From contig NW_014577090.1 in the NCBI RefSeq assembly GCF_000485595.1, positions 134,978 to 173,623 on the forward strand: 38,646 nucleotides of DNA, read 5' to 3'. The translations under genes and the position numbers were made by a program. Positions 24,633 to 36,964 of the stretch are shown in pieces. Each line of letters begins with the position of its first letter. Within the stretch, counting starts at the first letter, position 1. The notes under the pieces are model-generated. The model searched no databases. It had not been told where the DNA came from and was given only the letters and a program-made list of their open reading frames with translations. Source of the DNA: Priapulus caudatus (lineage: Eukaryota).

Positions 24633-26042
24633 GCATCATCCCAGCATCAATCCCAGGCATCATCCCAGCTCATCCTAGCATCTCCCAGCATCTATCCCAG
24701 CCATCATCAATGCATCACCCCTAGCACTCATCCCAGCATCACCCAGCATCATCCCAGCATCATCCTAGATCATCCCAGCCATCATCCCAGCATAACCCAG
24801 ATCTCCCAGCTTACCCCAGCATCATTCCCAGCATCATCCCAGCGATCACCCAGCATCATCCAGCTTCACCCAGCATCATCCGCATCATCCAGCATTCATC
24901 CTAGCATCTATCCTAGCATCATCCAGCATCCTCGCGCATCATCAATGCCATCATCCCAGCATCATCCCGCATCACCCGCGCCATCTATCCCAAGATCACC
25001 CCAGCCATCTCAATGCATCACCCGGCTCATCAAGTGCATCATCCAGCATCATCCCGCATCACCCCGCATCATCCAGGCATCACCCACAGCATCTCAATGC
25101 ATCATCCCACGCATCATCCCAGCAAAAAATCCACCCCAGCATATCCCCAGCATCACCCCAGCATCATCCAGCATCTCCCGCATCTCCAGCATCAGTCCAG
25201 CATCACCCCGCATAATCCCAGCATTCATCCCAGCATCTCCAATGCCATCATCCCAGCATCATCCAGCATTCATTCCAGCATCCCCGCCATCCATTCCTCA
25301 GATCATCCCAGCATCACCCAGCATATATCCCAGCATCTCCCAGCATCATTAATGCTATCATACCCAGCATCATCCAGCATAACCCCCGCAATTGCATCCA
25401 GCATCATCCAGCTTCATCAATGCGATCATCCAGCATCATCCCAGCATGCACTCCCGCATCCACCCCTAGCATCATCCCCAGCATCATTCCAGCATCACCC
25501 CAGCATCACTCCTAGCTCATCCAGCATTCATTCAATGCATCATCCCAGCATCATCCCAGCTCACCCCGCCATCATCCAGCATCATCCCAGCTCATCAATG
25601 CATCACGCCCAGCATCATCCCAGCATCATCCCAGCATCATCCGCATCACCCTTGCCACAATCCCAGCATCATTGCCAGCATCATTACCGCTCATTCCATG
25701 CATCATCCAGCATCCACCCAGCTCAGCATCATCCAGCATCATCCCAGCATTCACCCCATCATCATCCCAGCATCATTCCCGCCTCACCCCGCATCATCCC
25801 AGCGATCACCCAGCATCAACATAATCATCCCCAGCATCACCCCAGCACTCATCCCAGCATCATCCCAGCATCACCCAGCATTCATCCCAGCATCATTCCC
25901 AGAATCACCCCAGCATACCCCAGCATCATCCGCATCACCCCAGCATCATCCCAGCATATCCAGCATCACTCCCCAGCATCACCCAGACATACATCCCAGC
26001 AACATCCCAGCATCCTCGCAGCATCCTCCCAGCATCATCCCG
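24633..26042. repeat. ~1.4-kb minisatellite, 11-bp consensus CATCATCCCAG
   Basis: Directly visible, with many indels. Confidence 0.92.
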
Positions 26043-26201
26043 CTGTGCAAGCATGCATTCACCGATGGAATCTCGTCCGTTCGTCGCCCCACCTCTGATT
26101 GGTTGGCGCCCGAAGACGTCACGAGAGAGGGGACTATGACGAGATGTTTGTCCCAGACAAGACAGCCACTTCTGCTAGATATATATATATATATATAAAA
26201 T

Positions 26202-26240
26202 CAAGAGCGTATTAAGAAGGACCTTCTTTATACGCTCTTG
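26202..26240. mobile_element. 39-bp palindrome; P-superfamily-like footprint or mini-MITE, copy 2
   Basis: CAAGAGCGTATTAAGAAGG-A-CCTTCTTTATACGCTCTTG has 19-bp arms with 1 mismatch. The flanks ATAAAAT and ATATAAT match at 6/7 positions, and the site lies at the end of a (TA)n run. Confidence 0.6.
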
Positions 26241-28188
26241 ATATAATACAAGGACGAGAGGCAAGGATGGAACGGCCAACGGAAAAATTGCTCTGATGCG
26301 TGTCGTATAGTGAATAGTAATTCTTCGTTAGCCAGCTTTCACTTGTGTGTGCGCGAGAACTGATGTTTTGAGCAAGTCGGCAAGCACCTCTCTGTACCAT
26401 ATCGATCACTAGCGATGCTCTTGACCGGCCGAAACTGTCCGCACACGGCCCGATGGCAGCGGGTCCTATAGACATGGAACCATAGAAGAAACCACTGACG
26501 AGGGACGGCATGAGAGCGGTGACGGTGTGGGCGTAGTCTTAGTGCGAATTTACGTGATAGCGTTTGGGTGTGCTTGGTATAGTTTTGATGTGAATGTGCG
26601 TGGTGTGAGAAAGCGGTCGATGTGTAGGAATATGAACTGGTGCGCATATGCGTAGTCTGATATAGGGGTGGGTGTGTCGGAAGAGATTTGGTGGGATTAT
26701 GTGCGTGGTGTGAGATAGGGTTGGGTGTGCGTAAGTACAGTTGGGTGAGGTCGTATAGGTGGCACATCATGAAGATATGTCTTTACATGAGGTCGGATGG
26801 AATGGAAAGAAGAATGGGTCTGAACAAAAGGAAAGGAATAGATACATGGAATAAATGCAATAGTTAGACGCTAAGCGAGATCTCGCGAGACCGCATACCC
26901 CCCCCCCCCGCTACTACACACTTCCGTCATCCTATTCAGCGTAGGTCTATTACCTCCGCAACTATACACTGCCGCGGGGAGTGTCAAGCGACCGACGACA
27001 AATTCTCCCCGGACTTTAAACTGCCACTACAGTTCGACGCAAAGGCGGCAAAATGAACAGGAAAGGAAGCAGTTTAAGCTCCTCGACGAGACGCTAATGA
27101 ACAATTAGGCGCGCGGGATAGACGAACCGCGTTGCTAATTAGGTCATTAAACGGCGCATAATCGTCCGGGGTCTCACACGCCGTTTGGCACATCCGCCGC
27201 ATGAATCGCGCACACGGCTACTAACAGTAAACATTCTTTGTTGATATCGACGCGCGCGTATTTTAGTCGCCATGGCGGTCGTTGTCGGAACTCTGCGACA
27301 GTTCATTGCGAAACTATCGTTTTTTCGCATTTTTTTCTTAAATTTCGCCAAAATATTACTGTTGGTCGTTGTCGTCGCTACGGGTTGGCTTGGCCGTATA
27401 TAGAACGAAGCGACGGCGGCCGATGCCAACCTCGAGCATAGACACTTGAGCACGTTTCAATAATAAAATGATGGTAAATAGTATCATGTATTTAAAACAC
27501 AAATCGTATTTACTACAAAAGTTTAAAATTCCACAGAAAAATTGCCGTTTGAGTACTACTCCACTACGGCGCCCAATCTTGCTGCACGCACGCCAACGTG
27601 CACGAACTTACACGGGGGGGATTTTTTGCGAGCTTTGTGGGTTTGCGCGCATTAGCATGCGTGCGGAAAGATGATGGATTAACGGTGCGCAGCACACACG
27701 GCAGCGGCGATGGTGGTGCGGCCAGGTGTGTTACGCGCACAGGTTAATTACCGATATCGTGACGGTGAAATTAAACTCGTGTGCTTCATTAACTTCCACT
27801 ATACCTCTCTTAAAGGCGTGCAAGAGTAGCGGTAGCAGACATCGATCCTCTCACATACACATATCATTATTATATTTATATTTATATTAAGGTTTTCTAA
27901 GGGAAAATCTTTCACCACTTCTTCATTAAAAAATAAGAAAAACTTCTTATAATTTATTATACTTTATTTTAGATATCACCTGAATGTTTGGGACTGTGGA
28001 GTCCACCTCTCATAGCCGTGTTATCGATGTTCATGCAGTCAATCAATCAGCCATATTATAGCTAGGGCCAAAGATCACCTATGATATTGCTGTGCTATCT
28101 ATATACCTGGGATCGAGAAATCATTTATATATGACATCTGTGAATGCCTCTTATCTATGATCCCAGCCACAGCTGTAATACCGCCTCC

Positions 28189-28240
<52 letters not shown>

Positions 28241-28829
28241 CATGTGAGCCCACACGCACACAGCTATGTCTGTGGTGCGTGAATAATGAGATCGATCGCT
28301 TATGTCTGTCGCGATAGACGTTCTCCTGTATAATAGGAGACTTAATGCCGATTACAGTACGCGCTGGTATAAAGGTTGGAGTGGGTGACGGTAACACGAG
28401 CTCCTGCGTGTCCTAGTGGAGCACGTGGCCAGAAATCACGTTCACTGAAAAGGGAAAGTAAGTGAGGAAAGAAGGCTTGCGTGCGAGAATAAAACGCAGA
28501 CATCCGTGAGAGCCTTAATGAAGCTTACCGGCAGAGGGCGCGCGTGCGAGTAAACGTGCATGGAAAGCAGTTTATAGCGGCGGACTCGTTCTTCACGTAG
28601 CGGCCGACGTGAAAAACGACGCGGATTTGGCCGAGAGAGAGAGAGAGAAATAAAAACCTCAAAACCATAACCTGCATGACTTGCGCTAACGTTCTGGACT
28701 GTGATTTAGCCAGCAATCGATGACAGTCGACGCATGAGTTGTTACCTTAACGGCCGCAATTAAGGCTCGCATTAGCCCCGTTTCGTTTACCCGGACATTT
28801 CTCTGATTTCGCACGACCGCGTTTTCCAC

Positions 28830-29120
28830 CGTCGCCGCCGCCGCTGCCGTCGCGAGTGTGCGTTTCACAAAAAGACACGTAAAAAATTAACGGGTGTGAA
28901 CGTAGAAAAAAAAGAGGGCGCTGCCGTCGCCTTGCCGCACGCGGGCGCGTTATTTTCGTGATATTACACGTAAAATATCCTGTGATTGAGCATATAGAAA
29001 AAGATGGCGCTGCTGTTGCCTCGCCGCACGCGCGCGTGCGTTTCGTTAAAATACACATAAAAAATGATCGTGTTTGAGCGTGAATACAGAGGGCGCCGTC
29101 GTCGCCTCGCTGGCGAAGTG
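28830..29120. repeat. diverged ~88-bp tandem repeat, ~3.3 copies
   Basis: GAGGGCGCTGCCGTCGCC-like anchors at 28914, 29003 and 29089, each preceded by an ACAC(G/A)TAAAA motif. Confidence 0.75.
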
Positions 29121-29509
29121 TGCCCGGGATTGTCGGAATGACGACGACGTCTCGGAATGAGGAAAGCAGCCGCGCCTATAGTTCGTCTGCGCCCTTCATT
29201 CCATCGTCACCACACGCGCGCGCTCTTAACACGGATTGAATGAAAGCGGGGAGCGATCAATTAGATCCCGACGGCTGACCCCCTAGTTTGTTAGTTCCGT
29301 GTGAGCGCTGGCCCACCGATGATATTACCAGCAGCGAGTCTTTGTTGTTGGCAACCTTTGTGATGGCGGCTCCGCTATTTATAGGTTCGCCGCTGATTAA
29401 TCTGCGGTGTAAGCGCGTAAGACGTTTACGTGTCCGTGTTATATAGGTGGTGAACAACAGTAGAGGTCGTCCATATAGGCGGCAGGCCTGAATAAGCACC
29501 GAACAGAAA

Positions 29510-29890
29510 TTAATTAAGAATACTTACACAACATACACTTTATTCATGTTAAATAACTACAGATTCATGCTCTATGCTCCGCTCGAAACTTTTGCCAGCT
29601 CTATGATGCGAATTTCTGCAAAGTTGTCTGAACTCATTTCAAACACAAAAATGACCAACCGGTCGCTGTGGCTACGCTACCTGACGGAATGCCACGAATA
29701 CACAACAAGATCAATTTTACTTCTAATGCTTTCTAGACGTCCACGAGGCATCTAAATTGCGTGCATAATGCAAATTATTGCACTCTAGTGCCGAATTTCG
29801 GCGAAAAAAAATATTCAAAACGGCCTTTTCTAGAGACGAAATAGTGCAACGGTGAACAATTTGCGGAGGCTTACTGTTGTATGCTTCCTA
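29510..29890 (+). mobile_element. dispersed repeat, left member of an inverted pair with 34495-34916
   Basis: TACACAACATACACTTTATTCATG, CTCCGCTCGAAAC, ACCTGACGGAATG and AGAGACGAAATAGTGCAA all occur colinearly as reverse complements in 34495-34916. Confidence 0.7.
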
Positions 29891-29964
29891 TAAGGTGCAG
29901 TTCAACGCCCGCCGGCCACAGGCATGCTCACTGAAAACATGCATGTTATGTTGCTCACAATATC

Positions 29965-30538
29965 TCGTCGATTATAGATGGCGTCGCTTACTATAGACAT
30001 CGTCGCCTATTATAGACGTCGTCTCCTATTGTAAACGTAGTTGCCTATTGTGGACGTAGTCGCCTATTATAGACATCGCCGGCTTACATAGACATCGCCG
30101 CCTTAAATAGAAATACTTGCCTACTATTGGCTCTCTCGCCTACTATATGCATCCACCACAAATTATAGACAACTTCGCCTGCTACAGACATCTTCGCCTG
30201 ATATTACATCCTCGCCTACTATAGACATCCTCGCCTACTATAGACATCTTTGCCTACTATTGACATCCCTACCTACTATAGACATCTTCGCCTACTATAG
30301 ACATTCCTGCCTACTATAGACATTCCTGCCTACTATAGACATCCTCGCCTACTATAGACATCCCTGCCTACTATAGACATCCTCGCCTACTATAGACATC
30401 CTCGCGTACTATAGACATCCCTGCCTACTATGGACATCCTCGCTTACTATAGACATCCTTGCCTACTATAGACATCCTTGCCTACTATGGACATCCTCGC
30501 CTACTATAGACATCCTTGCCTACTATAGACATCATCGC
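29965..30538. repeat. 19-bp minisatellite (CTCGCCTACTATAGACATC), ~30 units
   Basis: Directly visible; degenerate at the 5' end and homogeneous at the 3' end. Confidence 0.93.
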
Positions 30539-30929
30539 TGGTATAGGCTCCCAGCATCACTCTGATTACATCGACTCATATTGAAGGGGATTTTCTCCGA
30601 GTGCAGTGGCGTGACCCTAATGGGTACGAAATCCGCGAAGTGTGCACGAATTATGCGCCTTATACCGAGGCGCATGAGGCCTATAAGCGCCCGTTTAATC
30701 TCTCTACCACCCCATCGATGGTGTTCACGAGCATGATGATGGGCGATTAAAGAGTACAGTGACTAAGTGGACGGTTGGCAGTAAATAAACGGCCCTGGGC
30801 GTGTGTTTGCGTCATCACAATGCTCCACAGTGTTGTGACGTCGATGATTGGTCAGTGCATATGTATGAATTATCATTCGAAAGCTATCATTCATTTCGCG
30901 TTGTTATATTATGAAGAGCCGGTTGCGCG

Positions 30930-30961
<32 letters not shown>

Positions 30962-31058
30962 ACGCACACGCACACGCACACGCACACGCACACGCACACG
31001 CACACGCACACGCACACGCACACGCACACACACACACACACACGCACGCACGCGCGCG
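30930..31058. repeat. (CA)n/(CACACG)n microsatellite
   Basis: Directly visible. Confidence 0.95.
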
Positions 31059-32004
31059 TACGCAGTCGGGTAACATCATCCACGTATGTTTTTCCAGACA
31101 AAGAGCAAAAACATCTGACATCAGCAAAGTAAACCACGACCATTGTCGACTGATCGTGACATGCGTTTGCGCAAACAATTATTTAATACAGCGTCGGGGC
31201 CGTTTAGCTCTTGTCTAACTAATAATCCAACTCGATCGTAACGTAATTAGCTTATTTAAATTTATTGTTAATCTACGAAATTATAATGTTTATTCGGCTT
31301 TTTGTCGAATAATTAAATAAAGCGATATCGCTGGTAAACAGTGCTAAGTTAATAACGATATAGATGTTTTTAATACGAAAATACTTGATTTAACCAATTT
31401 TAATCTAATTGCATCAAACAGATAGGACGTGTATTTGGCGAGCTGCGTATCAAGATGCTATTCAGGAAGCCTTCGTCTCTAACGAAGCTATAAGCGCAAT
31501 TACATGAATTTACGAGGCGCTTGATTTTTAGCGATAACTCTACATAAACGCCGACGCATTTCTTTTTCGGAAATGTTTTAAAAGGGAAACTTCGAGAGAA
31601 TGGAGTTACAAAAAGCTGACTTTTGCAAATTTGTAGATTTTGACTTCAAAAAAGTTTCCCTTCAACTCATCCGGTAAATTAAAACGCAGCCGACTGAACA
31701 AAACATACACGCGTTATCTTTTACTTAGTTTAGAGTGCATTCTAGTTAGTATATTACCCGAACAACGTAATAGTCGGTCAGTAAGTTGATCGTTGTTGGA
31801 CTTCTGAGACTTCCCGGCCGTGAAACATACAGTAGCTGTGTACAGTATTATTATCATGAACATAACTGTACAATATATATTATCAAGGACATATAAATCG
31901 CAGAGATCATATGCTCTTGATAATATACATATGTATAGGTACAGTATGGTAAATGTGTAGACATATGTACGAAATATATATATAATGTGTATAGATATTT
32001 GTAA

Positions 32005-32314
32005 GAGGGCGAGAGAGTGGGAGAGTGGGGGGAGGGTGAGAGATGCAAGCAGAACTCCGCATCAGTACCACCACCATCACCGACAATCGAGCGCGCGCGG
32101 CGAAAGAAGCTTTTCATTCGTCCCACCTTAACTCGATCTCGTTTGACATGTCGCGGCTCTCTCCATCGCTGATTGTCTCCGTGTTTCCGTGATTGTTATT
32201 CATCGAATAGTGTCGTGGCCATGCGTCTCAGCGCCGCGAGATACGCGCCAGGCTTAGCAAGCTTACCCTTAAACCGCACCGGATAGAAATTCGCCCCCCC
32301 CCGTGTATAAATGC
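32005..32314 (+). repeat. third, partial copy (C) of the duplicated block
   Basis: GAGAGTGGGAGAGTGGGGGG..GAGATGCAAGC..GAATAGTGTCGTGGC matches ~24358-24607 and ~36246-36574. Confidence 0.9.
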
Positions 32315-33339
32315 CGTGACTTTGCACCGTGACAGCAAAATCTAATTATCGCTTATGCAATACTCGCCGGCATAGCATTCGCCTAGTAAATCACCGCAGT
32401 GCCCGTATTTAGTGGCATAGAGCGGTTAATATTAGATAGCGAATGTGGAACTAATGCATGCCGGCCGTGCGACATGACGCTCCGTCTCGAGGGAAGCTGC
32501 CGCAAATCATGGCTACCTGCAGGGTGCAGGGGCGGCGGCTTGCCGGATGCGGCCACACACGGGGGCGCTAATTATAACGGCTAAGGCGACGATGAATCAC
32601 GAATCAAGGTATGCGCGCTGTTTGCCTCATTATACAGCGTATATATGCGTACATATACGAGCCTCCTGTTTACGTTGTGGTCACGTGCCGCAGTTTAGAC
32701 CAATCGGAGCCGCGGAAACGTGAAGCGTGTCGATAGTTCCTCGCGCGTAGAGACGTATATCTGCGGGAGACGTATAATATAATATTTACGTGGCGGATAT
32801 TTGCGCGTATATACAGTGTATGTGACATTCATCAATCATTCATTCATTCAGTGGACGGACAAGACAGATGAGTTGTGCTTAAGATTTATATGCACGTATC
32901 TGTACGAGCTGGTGCTATTTCGTGTCGCCTTCAGTCACATAAACGTCGTCTAGGGAGATGGAGAAAGTTGGCAAACGTTGACATTATTGGTAGCCCAATA
33001 ACCGGCCGTGTGTGCGTGCGTGTGTGTGCGTGCGTGTGCGTGCGCATGTGTATGTGCGTGTTAATTTGCGTAAAATTTTCAAAAATTGAGATTTGTTAAT
33101 TATTTTTCAAGCTTAATTTTTCTGTTATCACTCCCAAGATAAATATTGGTAATATATGAATTTCCCCATTTCACTTACTATTCTTGCTCTAAGCAAGTGA
33201 TTTGCAGCATTAGATGTGGCAGCCTGCGTTGTTCTAAGCCCCACACCCCTCCGTTCGTACTCCCCGCCCACAGTTCCGTGTGCTATACGAAATGGCTTCA
33301 TCGCAGCATCAGCAGCAGCACCACCACCACCACCACCAC

Positions 33340-33396
<57 letters not shown>

Positions 33397-34494
33397 CGTA
33401 CATGAGCACAGTGAGCAATCCTTGTAGGGAGAGTTCGTCGTCACAGTCGTCGCGCGCTGGCACGACGCTCAATTACGTCGTCATAGCGACGTCCTACTCG
33501 CAAACGCGAGCGCCAGTCTTGCACTACGACAACAACGAGCAATGTTCAATAGGCGACCATAAAAAACCGAGATTCGACTGCACGCGATTACACGCACGTG
33601 CGCACAAGCATAGTCACAAACACTCGCGCACAAACTCGCACATAAACGTACGTGTTCACAAACATAGTCATACTACACACGCGCGCGCTCTCTCCCCCAT
33701 CTCATTCTCTCCCTCCCTACCTCCCCCTCTCTCTCTATCACAATCTTTCTTACTATCACTTTTTTTCTCTCTCTCTCTCTTTCTCACATATACATATATA
33801 TATATATACCAGCAGAGCTTTCTCCCATGGCGGATAAATTCTGGGCATCTCTCGCGGACTCTGCACCGTTGTAAACACGCTATGTCGGCCGCTCTCATGC
33901 TACACATTCACGCCGGCACTCACGCCCACTTCGTTTCTCTTCGGGAGGTGGAGGATGAGGGGAAGCTGAGGACTAGATGAAGCCCGCTCCGTCGCGTGGT
34001 GTGTCTTTGTGCAGCGCTGGAGCGAGAACAGCGATGCGACGACATGTTTATTCGCCTCGCGTCACGTGTTCGGCTGGTGTTCGTCTGCCGCTGTCATCCG
34101 ACAGCGGACAGCGAGGCCTTTGTCGTCGGTGAGCAAATAGCGAATACAGACTAATGACTGTTCTGTCGGCGGTGCGGTGGTAGCGCTGTGCTCACGCGGC
34201 CTGTCATGAGTGTATTTTACACGCGCCAACGTAAATACGAGAGAACGCTGGAGCGTAGGCGGTGTTACTACTCCCCTCCTACGTCGCCATTCCCCCCATC
34301 CATTCCATAAACTGTCTCTAAACCCTCTACCCCCTCCCACGGTGAGAAGGCGGTGTCACCTCTCCCCCCCCTTGCGCCCCCTTCCTCCATTCTTTCCTTA
34401 CATTGCATAGCGATTATACCGATATACCTTATCCTAACACTATAGCAGTACACTGGGTTGTACACAGTACATGTTACTCTTAATATATCTCATT

Positions 34495-34916
34495 TAGGAG
34501 GCACACAAGAGTAGTCTTCCGCCGATGGTTCACCATTGCACTATTTCGTCTCTGGCAAAGCTCTTTTTCTGAACTTTTTTTGTGGTAATATTCGGCATTA
34601 GTGCACACCTTTAAACTAGAGCACACATTTGCGTTACGCACGCAAGGTAGATGCCCCCATGGACGACTATAGAAACATGTAAAACGAGAGTCGTCTTGTA
34701 ATTGTGTCATTCCGTCAGGTGACGTGGCTATTGCAACCGGTCCGCTGTTTTCGTGTTTGAAAGGCGATCCAGCTACATGCATGCTAGAAATATGCATCAT
34801 TAATCTGGCTTCTCTAATGTTTCGAGCGGAGGGTGGATCTTGAATCTGTGGTTGTTTAGCATGAATAAAGTGTATGTTGTGTATGCGACGTAACTCTCTG
34901 AGTATTTTTTAATTAA
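34495..34916 (-). mobile_element. dispersed repeat, right (inverted) member of the pair with 29510-29890
   Basis: Reverse-complement homology to 29510-29890, with divergence dominated by substitutions. Confidence 0.7.
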
Positions 34917-34919
34917 GTT

Positions 34920-36087
34920 ACAGCTATCTTGTCATAGAGATCTCTGAGCGTAGATGATTCGCTTGTGGGAGCAATCGCAAATAGCACAGGAGCAAGCGAT
35001 CCCCATGCTACTATCACTCAGTCTCACTCACGCAACTCCAACACTATAACTTCTCCCACGCGATGCGTCAGCACTTCTCGGCTGCAGATGATCGCGTATT
35101 TCAGCTTCGAATTTCGCTGAACGATGTGATTGAATCGAAAATAAAATCCAATTCGCCTATTCGGTGCGCGGTTTTCTTTACGGCAGCGCGGGTAACTGGG
35201 TTTAACATGATCGTACACGTAACTTTTACGCGGTCTTCCTCGCCCCCGGCGAATCCAGCTGCCATATATGGTCTCATAAATCGAGACGGGGTATATAGTA
35301 TCGCGGGATGCTAAACGCGTTTCCATGTTTATGCGCATAGGTACACACGGCGGGTTCGCAGTTCACTGCTGTTTGGGTTATATTTCATCATTGCTGGAAA
35401 GGTTCGTGCGTGGTAGAAGAGGAAGGGGCAAGAAACGGAAAGGGAAGAGGAGGTGAGGTCGTCGGAGGCAAACAGTTGGGGGAGGGCGAGAATGGGAGAA
35501 TGTAAGGGCGATAGGAGAGCTGAGGATGAAGAGGGGGTGACAGAAGAGGAGGAGGCGGAGGAGGGGGTGAAACTCGCGCTCGGACTTTCACACCAGACCA
35601 ACATATAATGTGTTATGTGTTTCGTAGTTGTCGCTGAGAGAGCGCGATGGACAAAAAGAAGAATTCTGGTGCCTCTGAAAATTCTGTCTCGTAAAACCTG
35701 AATGTAAATATAGACGCTGCCATTAATAAGTTGATGGCGCGAGAAATGGGAATTCCACGCGGCGTTACGCTGCCGTTTAGCAGAAGAGAGATCGAGAAAT
35801 GAGCAATTTCTTGTGAATGTAATCTAATAGCCCTATACACGCGAGCGCGTCTCTAGATCTCGCACTCTGTGTGTAGCTGGGTGTGCTGTGTTGTGTGTGT
35901 GTCTGGTGTGTGTGTTGTGTCGTGGTGCGTTGCGTGATGTGTGTGTGTGTGTGTGTGTGTGTGTTGTGTGTGTGTGTGTCGAGAGAGAGAGAGAGAGAGA
36001 GTGTGTGTGTGCGTGCGCCGCGCGCCTGCCGCGTGTGTGGTGTGTGGTGTGTGTGTGTGTGTGTGGTGTGTGTGTGTGGTGTGTGAC

Positions 36088-36123
<36 letters not shown>

Positions 36124-36574
36124 ATGCTTTTGGAGAAAAGAGGAAAAAAGAAATAGAGAAAGATATTATATCATAATATATATATATATATATATAGAGA
36201 GAGAAGAGAGATGAGAGAGAGAGAGAGAGAAGAGAGAGAGGAAACGAGGGCCGAGAGAGTGGGAGAGTGGGGGGGGGTGAGAGATGCAAGCAGAACTCCG
36301 CATCAAGTACACCTTTACACCACCGACAATGAGCGCGCGCGGCCGAAAAAGCTTTTTCATCTCGTCCCCCACCCTTACTCGATCTCGTCTTGAGCATGTC
36401 GCGGCTCTCATCCATCGCGTAGACTTGCTTCTCCGTGTTCCGTGATTGTTATTCATGCGAATAGTGTCGTGGCATGCGTCTCAGCGCGCGAGATACGCGC
36501 CAGCTTAGCAAGCTTACCCCTTTAAGACCGACGGATAGTATAATGCGCCCCCCCCCCCCGTGTATAAATGCGTT
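34920..36574 (+). repeat. ~1.65-kb duplicated block, copy B
   Basis: Colinear with 22907-24607; ends at a 10-N gap. Confidence 0.9.
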
Positions 36575-36593
36575 NNNNNNNNNNTGAGTCTCC

Positions 36594-36727
36594 TCCGTCG
36601 CTCCTTCACTCCGTCCGCCGCTCCTTCACTCCGTCCGTCGCTCCTTCACTCCGTCCGTCGCTCCTTCACTCCGTCCGTCGCTCCTTCACTCCGTCCGCCG
36701 CTCCTTCACTCCGTCCGGCGCTCCTTC
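36594..36727. repeat. 20-bp minisatellite CTCCTTCACTCCGTCCGYCG, 6 full units
   Basis: Directly visible, at the edge of a gap. Confidence 0.95.
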
Positions 36728-36964
36728 CAGCTCGCTGCCTCTTAAAATTCGTCCGTTGATTATGTGCAATTATGCTAATTAGCTCGCCTGGCCGGCTGCA
36801 AGGTAAGATGCTGTTGCACGCCAGGTGACGTAAGGTGTTTTCAGCATCATTACTCATTCAGCCCGCAATGCTGATGATAATGGAGATGGCGCCATGTGGA
36901 CGCGCGCCTAGTCGCAAAGATTTCCTTAGCTCGCCGACGTTGGCGGCACGTCGAGAACAACGCG

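Noticed and set aside
24600..26198. His/Pro/Ser-rich ORFs (250, 361 and 166 aa)
   Set aside because: Translations of an 11-bp minisatellite whose period is not a multiple of three and which is full of indels.
29965..30538. CRISPR-like appearance of the regular repeats (also 36594-36727)
   Set aside because: The units are contiguous with no unique spacers, no cas genes are present and the context is eukaryotic.
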